From assembly GCA_037190965.1 (NCBI GenBank), contig JBBCKI010000029.1:32001-96000 (forward strand): a stretch of 64,000 bases of DNA, read 5' to 3'. A model generated the notes under the pieces. It was not told the DNA's origin, did not search any database, and worked only from the letters and a program-made list of their open reading frames with translations. Numbering within the stretch: position 1 is the first letter of the stretch; each line of letters starts with the position of its first letter. Of this stretch, positions 1-9,597 are shown in pieces. The translations under genes were made by a program, and so were the position numbers. The stretch comes from Chthoniobacteraceae bacterium. Lineage in GTDB: Bacteria; Verrucomicrobiota; Verrucomicrobiia; Chthoniobacterales; Chthoniobacteraceae.

Positions 1-53
1 CCGGAGAAAGTGTAGTCGGCGAATTGCTAGACATAGCCCCCCTTACAAGATCC

Positions 54-1505
54 ATGATCTCCACGATCGAGCCGCCTGAACAGAAACGGTGGAAAGTCGG
101 CACGTTGGTTTATACCTCCGGCGGGCTTGTCGCCCTCTTTATCTGGTTGCTCTTCGGGGATTTTGCATGGTCCATGAGAGACCGGTCCGTGGGCCCGATG
201 GCGCATTGGTATCTTAAGCAACTGGGGGTTTCCAATCTGCTCTTCGGAATTTTGGTGAGCTCCTTCCCCGCGCTTGTCGGGTTGATCCTCGGGCCGATTG
301 TCAGCATGAAGTCGGACCGGCACCGGGGAAAGTGGGGGCGTCGCATCCCGTTTTTGCTCGTGACCACGCCCATCGCCGCTTTGGGCATGATTGGGTTGGC
401 GCTCACGCCGTTCCTCGCCAAATGGGTGCACGGGGTGCTCGACAAAGGGCACCCTCTCGGGGATTGGATGCAGCGGGCTTTTGAGAACAACGCCACCGGA
501 GTCTGGTTTCTTGCGCAGATGCGGGACGAGGTTGTTATCGCAATTCTCTGTTTTGGAGTATTCTGGGCGGCCTTCGAGTTTGCCACCATTGCCGGGCAGG
601 CAGTGTTTGGCGGACTGATCAATGACGTCGTGCCCAAGGAGTTGCTTGGCCGGTTCTATGGACTATTTCGTGCGGTCAGCCTGATCGACGGCATCATTTT
701 CAACTACTGGATCATTGGTCACGTCCCAACGCATTTTACATTGATCCTCTGCTGCATTGGCGTTTTCTACGGCGTTGCGTTTACCTGGGTGTGTCTGAAG
801 GTCAAGGAAGGCGACTATCCACCACCGCCTGAAGAAGCTCCTGTTTCCCGACGGAGGTGGGGAACATCGGCTGCCGCTTTGACGCGGACTTACTTTAAGG
901 AGTGTTTCTCCAACTCTTACTACATCTCGATCTTTGTCATGTTGACGACGGGCGCGGTCGCCTTTCTGCCGGTGAATGCGTTTTCCATTCCTTACGCGCG
1001 CAGCGTCAACATGGACATGGCGTTTTACGGGAAATGCCTTTCGCTCACCTTCCTGATCTCACTCTGTCTCTCGTATTTCCTGGGTTGGCTGGCGGATATT
1101 TTTCATCCGATCCGGATGAGCATGGTGGCGCTGGTTGGTTATCTTTTTGTCACCGCATGGGGATGGACTTACGCGACGACCGCAAACTCATTCGCCATTG
1201 CGTTTGTGGCGCATGCGGTTGCCTCGGGGGTTTATGTCACTAGCGTGGCATCGTTGGGACAGCGGCTTTACCCGCATTCGAGGTATGCTCAGTTTGCATC
1301 AGCGGGTGGGATATTGATGTCGGTATGCACCATGGGGATCAGTCCCATCATGGGAATCGTAATCGATACGAGCGGGGCCGTGTATCAATATACCTTCCTC
1401 GCCGGTGGGATGATCGCGCTTTTGGCACTGGTGGCTTCATTCTATGCCTATGGTCGATTTGTAAAGCTTGGGGGCGTGAAGAACTATGTTGCCCCTGAAT
1501 CGTAG
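54..1505 (+). CDS. MFS transporter
   Basis: About 12 hydrophobic helices; SDRHRGKWGRRIPF and GWLADIFHP loop motifs; ATG at 54 preferred over TTG at 24. Confidence 0.85.
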   Translation: MISTIEPPEQKRWKVGTLVYTSGGLVALFIWLLFGDFAWSMRDRSVGPMAHWYLKQLGVSNLLFGILVSSFPALVGLILGPIVSMKSDRHRGKWGRRIPFLLVTTPIAALGMIGLALTPFLAKWVHGVLDKGHPLGDWMQRAFENNATGVWFLAQMRDEVVIAILCFGVFWAAFEFATIAGQAVFGGLINDVVPKELLGRFYGLFRAVSLIDGIIFNYWIIGHVPTHFTLILCCIGVFYGVAFTWVCLKVKEGDYPPPPEEAPVSRRRWGTSAAALTRTYFKECFSNSYYISIFVMLTTGAVAFLPVNAFSIPYARSVNMDMAFYGKCLSLTFLISLCLSYFLGWLADIFHPIRMSMVALVGYLFVTAWGWTYATTANSFAIAFVAHAVASGVYVTSVASLGQRLYPHSRYAQFASAGGILMSVCTMGISPIMGIVIDTSGAVYQYTFLAGGMIALLALVASFYAYGRFVKLGGVKNYVAPES

Positions 1506-1607
1506 TTTTGTTGTGGGAAACCGGTCCAGTTTTGAGCTTTGAGATGCAAGTGCTGCCTTGTTCGTAGAACTCCAGTGAATAAGATAGATAAGACGATAAG
1601 AAAAGTG

Positions 1608-2387
1608 ATGAAACCCCCGCTAACTATCCGTCAGTCTTCCGCTTTTACCCTTATTGAGCTAGTGCTGGTCATTGCCGTGATTGCCGTGCTGGCGGTACTT
1701 GCTTTTCCCGTGCTTACCCGCATGCAAGAGTCGGGCAAGGTGGCAAAGAACGTCAATAATCTCAAGGCCCTGGGTACCGCCTATTTAACTTATGCGGCAG
1801 AGAATAACGGGAGAATTCCGCAGACAATGCAGAACATTCGTCGCAACGGAAAGAGCGGCGAAGGGTTATTCATGACGACGGGGATCGATATGTGGCCGAC
1901 AGGCAGTCCCCGTCGGCTGTTTACGAAGGAGAATTGGGAGTTTGGAACCGGTCCCAACGATTATCTCGGCAGCCCGGATGTATTTTATGGTCCTTTTACA
2001 CCCACCCTGAATGCAAATCGTCAATCCGGTGAGGTGTGGGAGCGTGTAGCGACGGCCTATCGGATCGGTTACGTCTTCTATTATCAGGTTCTCGAGGACG
2101 ATAGCGATGCGGGGTCCAGCGGAACAAAGCGCGTGGCGACCAATGACCCCTCCGGACGTCCCATTATCAATTCGCATCTTTCCACCGGCCACCCACGGGC
2201 TCCTCTTTTTTCGGATATCACCAGCGAGGCGTGGGCGAAGGAACTGGGCTTTCCTTGGGAGACGGTGAAGAACCTATACGTGGTTCACCTGGACGGGAGC
2301 GTCGATTCCGTTCCCGCTGAGCGGATCAAATACGGCAATGAGAACAAGGTCTTCACCATGGCGGGTTTCGTGCGGCAGCCGAAGTAG
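1608..2387 (+). CDS. Prepilin-type N-terminal cleavage/methylation domain protein (PVC pilin-like family)
   Basis: AFTLIELVLVIAVIAVLA N-terminus; C-terminal HLDGSV resembles the H-X9-DG-type end. Confidence 0.85.
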   Translation: MKPPLTIRQSSAFTLIELVLVIAVIAVLAVLAFPVLTRMQESGKVAKNVNNLKALGTAYLTYAAENNGRIPQTMQNIRRNGKSGEGLFMTTGIDMWPTGSPRRLFTKENWEFGTGPNDYLGSPDVFYGPFTPTLNANRQSGEVWERVATAYRIGYVFYYQVLEDDSDAGSSGTKRVATNDPSGRPIINSHLSTGHPRAPLFSDITSEAWAKELGFPWETVKNLYVVHLDGSVDSVPAERIKYGNENKVFTMAGFVRQPK

Positions 2388-2467
2388 GAGGCCGCTGTTG
2401 CGGGATTGCCGGTTTTCCTGGATGACAAGGGGGTCACGCCCTTATAGAGTCCGTAAAATTTCTTTTT

Positions 2468-4003
2468 ATGGACGCCCCAGCCCCCGCCCCGGCTCAAGCT
2501 GATCGGCAAGGGGGCACCAAGGCCTCCGCGCCGATGGGGCTGCCGTTTTTCATGATCGTGGCGGTCATGGGCCTTTGCGCGGTCAGCGGGGACAGCCTCT
2601 GGATTGATGAGGCTCATTGCGCGGTGGCGGCCATCCAGCCAGGGTTTTCGGGGTGGCTGCGGTGTTTGCTGGAGGTTCCCTCCGATGTGCAGATGTCGGT
2701 TTATTTTTTCCAGCTTTGGGGTTGGGAGAAGATCGCGGGCGGCGGGGAATGGATGCTGAGGCTCAATAACCTGCCGTGGTTCGCCCTTGGAGTGGGCGCG
2801 TGGTTCTTTGCGCTCCCACGAGCATTGAGGCTTCCGTTGGCGCTGGTGGCCGGGCTGAGCCCGTTTCTCTGGTATTACGTCAACGAATTGCGCCCCTATA
2901 CGATGGTCTTTGCCGGAAGCAGCATGATGTTCGCTGGGCTCTATCGGTTGGGGACGGCGGGGTTCAGCCGGGGCTGGTTCTGGTGTTTCGGTATGGGGAG
3001 TGTGTTGGCGGCGGCGGCTTCCTCAACGGCGATCCCCTGGGTGGGGGTTGCGGGGTTGGCGATGGGGTTTTTGCTTTTCCGACGTCGCCCTGCGGTTCCA
3101 ATTCCCCGGAAGGTTTACGGCATCACGGGGATTCTCGCGGTGCCGGGTCTCTTCATCATTGGCCTGTATGCCTGGAGTTTTCTTCAAGGGGCGCGGGCCG
3201 CAAGCCCGGAGCCTTCTTCGCTGGGTAGCCTGCTTTTTGTTCCCTATGAGCTGCTCGGTTTCGTCGGGCTTGGTCCGGGACGCGGGGAGCTTCGCGCCGG
3301 AGGTGTGATGAGCCTGAAGCCGTACTTGCCGTTGATCGGGGTGCTCGCGGTTTCGCTCGCTGCCGTTCTCATCGCTGGCATCGGGGCCCTTCGGAAGCAT
3401 GTCGGCGGGCGGAGATTGCTTGCGGGGAGCGCGTTGTTTGTCCTACCGGTCATTGCGGTCATCGGGCTGGGGTTATTCAGTGGCCTGCGAACCACCGGAC
3501 GGCATTTTACTCCCGCGCTCGCCCTCCTTCTGCCGCTCAGTGCCGTCGGTTTGAATGCGTTATGGGCCTCACGAAAGTCGGCATACCGGGTGGCCGTGAT
3601 TGGCTTTCTCATTTGCTGGGCCGGTTCCAGCGTGGAGTTGCGGACGGCAGCCCGGCATAAAAAGGACAATTACAGAGAGGCGACCCGGATCGCCCGAGAG
3701 GCGGTCGAGGGAGGTAAGCAAGTCTGGTGGCTCGCGGATCCTTGCGGCGCGGAGTACTACCGCTTGCCGCTTGCGCTTGGCGAAGAGGCTGAGCCTTCAA
3801 AGGCCCGCCGCATCGTCAATCTCGAAACGCTCCCTTCTCCGCGCCCCGATATCGTCGTCTTCAGCCGGGCCGACGTTTACGATCGAAGCGAAACCGTGGC
3901 GGCGGGGATGCTCGCCAGTGGCCCCTACCATCCGGTCCGCACCCTCCAAGGCTTTGTCATCTGGGAAAGACGCGCTGAAATCAGAACCTTGAACCAACCC
4001 TGA
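2468..4003 (+). CDS. GT-C fold (ArnT/PMT-like) integral membrane glycosyltransferase
   Basis: SLWIDEA after TM1; W-LRL and SPFLWYYVNELRPY motifs; many TM helices. Confidence 0.7.
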   Translation: MDAPAPAPAQADRQGGTKASAPMGLPFFMIVAVMGLCAVSGDSLWIDEAHCAVAAIQPGFSGWLRCLLEVPSDVQMSVYFFQLWGWEKIAGGGEWMLRLNNLPWFALGVGAWFFALPRALRLPLALVAGLSPFLWYYVNELRPYTMVFAGSSMMFAGLYRLGTAGFSRGWFWCFGMGSVLAAAASSTAIPWVGVAGLAMGFLLFRRRPAVPIPRKVYGITGILAVPGLFIIGLYAWSFLQGARAASPEPSSLGSLLFVPYELLGFVGLGPGRGELRAGGVMSLKPYLPLIGVLAVSLAAVLIAGIGALRKHVGGRRLLAGSALFVLPVIAVIGLGLFSGLRTTGRHFTPALALLLPLSAVGLNALWASRKSAYRVAVIGFLICWAGSSVELRTAARHKKDNYREATRIAREAVEGGKQVWWLADPCGAEYYRLPLALGEEAEPSKARRIVNLETLPSPRPDIVVFSRADVYDRSETVAAGMLASGPYHPVRTLQGFVIWERRAEIRTLNQP

Positions 4004-4118
4004 TAGCGATCGGACAATTTGACGCAATTTGCTGGCCGTCATCGAGACTCAGAGTTCTTCGCTGTTTTCGGTGGATTTGCAGAAAATGACTGAAAGTGAT
4101 CGATTTGGAGGACGGCGC

Positions 4119-4263
4119 GGTAGCCCGCTCTCGCCGAGAGCGCGGGATCGGTGAAGAGTCGCGTTTGGCGTTCATCCCCGCAGGACGCTTGTTGGCATTG
4201 GGATGAGGCTTTTATGAAGCCACAGGAGTCGATACCCGCGCTCCACGGCGCGAGCGGGCTACC
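4119..4263. repeat. REPIN-like element, family A (GTAG-headed REP inverted pair with conserved spacer)
   Basis: GGTAGCCCGCTCTCGCCGAGAGCGCGGG...CCCGCGCTCCACGGCGCGAGCGGGCTACC; the whole element aligns with the reverse complement of 5937-6084. Confidence 0.85.
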
Positions 4264-4310
4264 GGTGCTGCCGCACCATTCTTCGTTATGGAGCCTCCCA
4301 TCTTGCGCTA

Positions 4311-5147
4311 TTAGGCCTTGGCGAAAAGGTGGCGGCTCGGTTTTGCCTTTCCCTTCGCCGTGAGTTCCAGCCAGAGGCGGCCTTGTCTGCGGACCAGTTC
4401 AACCGGTTCGCCGAAAGCTTCGCTAAGGGTTTCATTATTGAGGGCTTTTGCCCGCTTTTCCGCCGCGAGCACGCGTCCTGCTTTTAAGACCAGGACATGA
4501 CTGATCCCCTCCACAATTTCTTCCACATGGTGCGTGACCAGCATCAAGGCCGGGGCGTTCTTTTTGCGGGTAAGCCGTTCGACAAATTGGAGAAACCGCT
4601 CGCGCGCCACCGGGTCGAGCCCGGCGCACGGCTCGTCGAGAATGAGCAGCTCCGGGTGGGCCATCAAGGCGCGGCCGATCAGGATGCGCTGCCGCTCCCC
4701 TTGGGAGAGAACCATCCAGGGGCGGTCGGCGAGGTTCTCGGAGTCGATTTGCCGCAGGATTTCCCGGGCTTCCTCTTTGTCTGCGGTGCGGATGCGGCCC
4801 CAGTAGTCGATCATCGCGTACTTTCCACTCAGCACGGTGATGAGGCCCGGCTCATGGTCGGGCATCTGCTGGCGAACGGCGGAACTGACGATGCCGATTC
4901 GCTTGCGGAGTTCCACCCAGTTCGAGGCCCCGTATTCCTGCCCAAGCACGAAGAGCTTCCCTGCGGTCGGCGTCTGATAGCCGGTCAGGGCGCTCAGCAG
5001 CGAAGTCTTCCCGGAGCCGTTTGCGCCGAGGATGGCCCAATGCTCCCCGGGGGCGACTTCCCAGGAGACTTTGTCGAGAATGCGGTTGCCGTCGCGGACG
5101 AGGGTCAGATCGAAAACACGGAGCTTCGGGGCAGCAGGGGATGGCAT
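4311..5147 (-). CDS. ABC transporter ATP-binding protein (ModF-like), no adjacent permease
   Basis: Walker A GANGSGKT, signature LSQGERQR, Walker B LILDEP, H-loop VTHH; start at MPSPAAPK. Confidence 0.9.
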   Translation of the reverse strand: MPSPAAPKLRVFDLTLVRDGNRILDKVSWEVAPGEHWAILGANGSGKTSLLSALTGYQTPTAGKLFVLGQEYGASNWVELRKRIGIVSSAVRQQMPDHEPGLITVLSGKYAMIDYWGRIRTADKEEAREILRQIDSENLADRPWMVLSQGERQRILIGRALMAHPELLILDEPCAGLDPVARERFLQFVERLTRKKNAPALMLVTHHVEEIVEGISHVLVLKAGRVLAAEKRAKALNNETLSEAFGEPVELVRRQGRLWLELTAKGKAKPSRHLFAKA

Positions 5148-5213
5148 AGTAGGGGGGCGATTCTCTCTGGACTCGGGGTTTCGCGCAATGCCGTTTCGGG
5201 GAAGGATGGGAAA

Positions 5214-5774
5214 ATGCGGTTGACGGATGGGGGGATACACGCTTTTCTCTACCGCGATTTGATTGCCTTCCGAACAATTCTGATAGCGGCCCTCTTCACG
5301 CTCCCCCTGACCAAGGTGACGGCGCGGGAAGGAGAGTCGCTGTTTGACATCAAGACGGCCCGCGCGCTGGTGAAGCAGGATGTCATCCAGAAGTTCGGGC
5401 CAAAAGCCGCAAACTTCCGTTACGACGCCAGAATGGTGCGTGCCGCCAAGATTGCCGAGGAACGCGCTCGCAAGTATTCGCAGAGAAGGTGCTGGCGTTA
5501 TGTCAAAACGGCTCTTCTTGAAGCCGACGTCATCGAGTCCTACCCCAAGACGGCTTACGCCAAGCAGGCGGGTGAGGAGTTGACCAGCCAGCACGGCTTC
5601 CGTCGCCTTCCGATCCGGGATCCCTTCAAGGCTCCCATCGGTTCGGTTCTGGTTTACGGCGGACAAGGCCCGGGTCATGTGGAAATTCGCACCACGGGCG
5701 GTTTTGTCAGCGATTTCGAGTCACCGACTCCCTCCAAGCGACCGCTTATCGGCGTTTTCGTCAAGCCGGGTTAG
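5214..5774 (+). CDS. Secreted papain-fold (CHAP/NlpC-P60-like) amidase/peptidase
   Basis: Signal-like segment; RCWRYVKTAL (Cys) and GHVEIR (His/Glu) motifs; the upstream part of the listed ORF is antisense to the ATPase. Confidence 0.6.
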   Translation: MRLTDGGIHAFLYRDLIAFRTILIAALFTLPLTKVTAREGESLFDIKTARALVKQDVIQKFGPKAANFRYDARMVRAAKIAEERARKYSQRRCWRYVKTALLEADVIESYPKTAYAKQAGEELTSQHGFRRLPIRDPFKAPIGSVLVYGGQGPGHVEIRTTGGFVSDFESPTPSKRPLIGVFVKPG

Positions 5775-5936
5775 AGCAATTAGCGTCGAACGGCTTGTTG
5801 TTCGATCCGCATCAGGCCTTGTTTCCCGTCGTGCCCCATTCCAAAGCGGCGCAATAGCGCCGCACTCGTGATCTTCCATCACTCGGCGTAACCCTTGATT
5901 GTGAGCGGTTTTTTTCATGAGCGGTGCGGCAGCACT

Positions 5937-6084
5937 GGTAGCCCGCTCGCGCCGTCGAGCGCGGGTATCGGCTTCCGTGGCTTCATGAGGGTCGCATCCC
6001 AACGTCGGTAGTCCATCTTGCGGGGATGGGCGTCAAACGCGACTCTTCACCCCATCCCGCGCTCGACGGCGCGAGCGGGCTACC
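5937..6084. repeat. REPIN-like element, family A, second copy in opposite orientation
   Basis: GGTAGCCCGCTCGCGCCGTCGAGCGCGGG...CCCGCGCTCGACGGCGCGAGCGGGCTACC. Confidence 0.85.
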
Positions 6085-6181
6085 TTCCTGAGGACGCTTT
6101 CGCGTTGCGTCATGCGCGATAGGGGTGTGGTCGCGTCAATGGTGCGCGCGGCTTAATGCCGGTTTCAGCACTTCGTTTCCT

Positions 6182-9139
6182 TTAACGCGCTTCCACCTTC
6201 GAAAGCCGATATTCGGGATACCGCGATTGCAGGTCGTTGAGCACCTTTTTGGACTGCGGTTCGTTGCCGCTCTTGAGATAGGCGCGATACGCTTGTTCCA
6301 GGGCTTGTGGGGTGATCACCGGGTCGTCGTAGACCAATGCCACACTCAGGTAAATTTTGGCGGCGGCTTCCCAGTCACCCTTGGCGGCGGTTACGGCTCC
6401 GGAAAGCATCCGCCCAAGCGCGTTAAGGCGGCCTTCGGGTTGCAACTCCTGGACCTTGTTGGCTGATTTCAGGGCGGCGTCCAATTTTCCGGTGCCCAGT
6501 TCGGCTTCTCCCAAGGCGAGGTAGCCGTTTGCCTTGGGGATGGGGTCCGTAGCCTTCTCCAGATATGTCCGGAGCGTTTTTTCGGCGGCAGCCCATTTCT
6601 TGAGCTTGATGGAGGCCTGCCCGAGGCTGAGCCAGTCGGCGGCGATCAATTCATCGTTCCCCTCGCTGCCTGTCAGCTTGGTGAGATACTTTTCGGCCTG
6701 CACGGCATCGCTTTCGTTGCCCTTGAGGTATTCGTTGCCGAGCCAACGGAGCATTTCGGCGGGAATCCGGATCTTCGGCCCGGCCTGATCGACTTCTTTC
6801 GCGAGGGCATCCCGATTTTCCAAATAACGGTGCACGGCGAGAATGAGCGAGGTTGCCCGGTCGGCAAAGTCAGCGTCCTGCTTGCGGGCCGCCACAAGCG
6901 GGGCAATGGAGTCCTTGTAGTTTTTGGACTGGAAGGCCGTCAGACCGATCCAGTAGTTCGCCTGCCCTGCGGCGGGGCTGTTGGGGAATTCTTTCAGGAG
7001 CTGCGTGAAGGCGTCCACCATCGCCTTGCTTTCATCCTGCTGCCCGAGGATAAGCGCCTTGCGCTGGATGGCAAACTCGCGCTCTTTGGCCTTGGGGTAG
7101 CGGCTCAACACCTCGTTGAAGTCGCCCAAGGCAGCCTTGTAGTTCTTTGCCTGCTCGTAACCGAACCCGCGCTGGGCCAGCGCCGTGGCCGCCAGCTTGT
7201 TGGTCGGGTAGCGGGAAAGAAACGCGGAGAATGTCTGGATCGCGCCCGCGTGATCGCCTGTCTGCGTCTGGCACCAGCCGAGCTTGAAAAGGGCCTCCGC
7301 TTTTAGGGCGGGAGCCAGCGATGCGGTATTTAGCGAGGCATAAAGCGGGGTGGCGGCTTCGAACTGCTTCGTCTTATAGAACGACTCCGCCTTCATCAGC
7401 GTGAGCTGGTCGCGCCTGGCGCCGGCATCCGGATGGCTGGCCAAGTAGGCGTCGATTTCTGTCACCAGTTCGGGGGAGTCGATGGTGTAGAGGATAACCA
7501 GCCGCTCGTACCGCGCTTCCTGGGCGTAAGGGCTTTGGGCGTAGTCGCGGATGATCTGGTCGTAAAGCGTGCGGGCTGCGTCGTGCCTGCGAAGCTGCCG
7601 GTTGGAGTTGGCGACGAGCAGCAACACTTCAGGAAGGGCTGCCGGAGAGAACGTTTTTTCCGAAGCTTCGTAAGCCTTGAGCACCGGCTCGTACTTTCCG
7701 TCGTTATACAGAACGCGGAGCAGCCCCAGTTCGGCGATCTCCTTCCAGTGTCCAAGCTCCGGCATCTTGAGAGCCTTGGCGAATTCTTCGGCGGCCTTCG
7801 CATTTTGCTTCTGATCAAGCTGCAGCAGGCCAATGCGAACGGTGGCTTCGGCTTTGACGGACTCTTTCGCTGTTTCGGTGCGGAGTGTGTTGAGAATCAG
7901 GAGCGCCTGTGACCTTCTGCCGGAATCCGACAGTAACTCGACGAGCGCAAGCTGGCTGGCTTCCCGGAAGGGATTTTCCCCCTCGGTCGCCAGCACATCC
8001 TCGTAGGCGCGCATCGCCTCGGAGCTCATTTTCGCCGCCTCCAGCGAGCGCGCGGCGTAGAATTTGGCGGAAAGGGCGATGGCGGGATCCTTCACCCAGA
8101 CGGAGGCTTTGCGGAAAAAAGTGACGGCGGCGGAGTAATCCTTCTCCTGGTAGTAGAGCTCCGCGAGCCGGTACGAAGCCGGGCCGATGAAGTCGCCGAT
8201 CTGGAATGTGTAAATGAGCGCCTCGTAGTTCTGCCGGGCCGCGTTGAAGCTGCCAAGCTGTCGGTAGCATTCCGCCAGCCGGAAAAAAGCCGCCTGACGG
8301 TCGACTCCGCTGGGGAAGAGGCTCAGGTAGCGTTCGTATTCCGGCGCGGCCTGATCGTACTGCTTCCTGGTGTAAAAACCGTTGGCGAGGAGAATCTGGG
8401 CGACGTCGGCGGGCGCGGTGGTGGTCCCCGGCGAGAGGCGGATCTCCCGCGAGCGGGGGTCGAGCACTTCCAGAGTCGATGGAGGGCGTTGCGCTGCGGT
8501 TTCGCCGGTCTCCTTGGTCTCTTCTGGGACGGCCTCTGCATGCGGGGCTGCGGGTTCCTGAGTCGGGACGCCCGGGGTCTCCGGGTTGACAGGTGCGCCC
8601 CGGGAGGGCTCTGGTGCCGGATCCCGCTCTGGCGCTGCCGGTGGTACTGCAGGTTGCGTGGCTGGCTCGAAGGGCTCCACGGGCAAGGCTTTGCGGACTT
8701 CGCCCTGCGGCTCGCTGGTCCTTTCCACGGGGACAACGGGCTCCACGGGAATGGCGCGTTCCACTGGAACGGCACGAGGAATCCGCACCGTTTCCGTTTG
8801 GGTGGGGTGTTCCGGTTGGGGTTGGGGTTGGGGTTGAGTCGGCTGGGGCTGTTCGGTCTGCTCGAAAGGCTCCAGGGGCAGCGCCCGGCGTACTTCCCCG
8901 TCTTCCTGGGGAGCGACGTCGCTTAACGAGGTGGCTTCCGGATCGGGTATGTTGCGTTCAAGCTCGCGCTCACGCTCTCTTCGTTCCTGCTTTTCCTGCC
9001 TTTTCTGCTCCTTGGCCCTCGCCTTTTCCGCTGATTTGGTCCGTCGTTCCTGGAGGTAGCGCTCCATCCAGTTCTGGGCATGGAGAGGCTGCGCCGCCGA
9101 GAGCGCCATGATTGCCAGTAGAACCCGCCTCCGTAACAT
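6182..9139 (-). CDS. Secreted tetratricopeptide-repeat protein (BamD/CpoB-like TPRs) with Pro-rich N-terminal linker
   Basis: Signal peptide; Pro/Glu-rich region; many A..Y...L..YP-type TPR units. Confidence 0.85.
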   Translation of the reverse strand: MLRRRVLLAIMALSAAQPLHAQNWMERYLQERRTKSAEKARAKEQKRQEKQERRERERELERNIPDPEATSLSDVAPQEDGEVRRALPLEPFEQTEQPQPTQPQPQPQPEHPTQTETVRIPRAVPVERAIPVEPVVPVERTSEPQGEVRKALPVEPFEPATQPAVPPAAPERDPAPEPSRGAPVNPETPGVPTQEPAAPHAEAVPEETKETGETAAQRPPSTLEVLDPRSREIRLSPGTTTAPADVAQILLANGFYTRKQYDQAAPEYERYLSLFPSGVDRQAAFFRLAECYRQLGSFNAARQNYEALIYTFQIGDFIGPASYRLAELYYQEKDYSAAVTFFRKASVWVKDPAIALSAKFYAARSLEAAKMSSEAMRAYEDVLATEGENPFREASQLALVELLSDSGRRSQALLILNTLRTETAKESVKAEATVRIGLLQLDQKQNAKAAEEFAKALKMPELGHWKEIAELGLLRVLYNDGKYEPVLKAYEASEKTFSPAALPEVLLLVANSNRQLRRHDAARTLYDQIIRDYAQSPYAQEARYERLVILYTIDSPELVTEIDAYLASHPDAGARRDQLTLMKAESFYKTKQFEAATPLYASLNTASLAPALKAEALFKLGWCQTQTGDHAGAIQTFSAFLSRYPTNKLAATALAQRGFGYEQAKNYKAALGDFNEVLSRYPKAKEREFAIQRKALILGQQDESKAMVDAFTQLLKEFPNSPAAGQANYWIGLTAFQSKNYKDSIAPLVAARKQDADFADRATSLILAVHRYLENRDALAKEVDQAGPKIRIPAEMLRWLGNEYLKGNESDAVQAEKYLTKLTGSEGNDELIAADWLSLGQASIKLKKWAAAEKTLRTYLEKATDPIPKANGYLALGEAELGTGKLDAALKSANKVQELQPEGRLNALGRMLSGAVTAAKGDWEAAAKIYLSVALVYDDPVITPQALEQAYRAYLKSGNEPQSKKVLNDLQSRYPEYRLSKVEAR

Positions 9140-9147
9140 GTTGATTT

Positions 9148-9594
9148 TTACCGCTGGGGCTGGGGCCGGATTTGCGATTCAGACTCGGTCTTGGAAGTGG
9201 CGAAAAGCACGTTCCAGATCTTGGCATTCCTGCATACGTCGAGCACCGCCATCATGTTTTTATAGGAAAGTTCTTCGTCGCCACGGACCACCACCGCCTG
9301 ATCCGGGAAGAGTTCCGCCAGCTCGGAGAGCTTCTTGGAAAGATCGTCGGAGGAGATCGGCTTCCGGTTGAGAACGACCGTGCCGTCCTTTCGGACATTG
9401 AGAACCACCTGGTTTACATACGGCTTTTGTTCGTCGGCGCTGGCGGCGGAAGGGATTTTCACGTCAACCGCATTTTCGCTCAGCGCGAAGTTCCACGTCA
9501 CGATAAAAAACACCAGCAGCACCAGCAGAATGTCCACCATGGGGGCAATCTGGAAGCCGAGGTGTTGTGGCGCGGAGCGTTTCCGGAAATTCAT
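9148..9594 (-). CDS. exbD: ExbD/TolR family biopolymer transporter
   Basis: APMVDILLVLLVFF TM motif; VVVRGD. Confidence 0.9.
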   Translation of the reverse strand: MNFRKRSAPQHLGFQIAPMVDILLVLLVFFIVTWNFALSENAVDVKIPSAASADEQKPYVNQVVLNVRKDGTVVLNRKPISSDDLSKKLSELAELFPDQAVVVRGDEELSYKNMMAVLDVCRNAKIWNVLFATSKTESESQIRPQPQR

Positions 9595-9597
9595 ACC

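Noticed and set aside
4497..5213. N-terminal part of the 425-aa ORF 4497-5774, and the reciprocal extension of 4311-5678
   Set aside because: Each is the antisense shadow of the other real gene; starts were trimmed to 5214 and 5147
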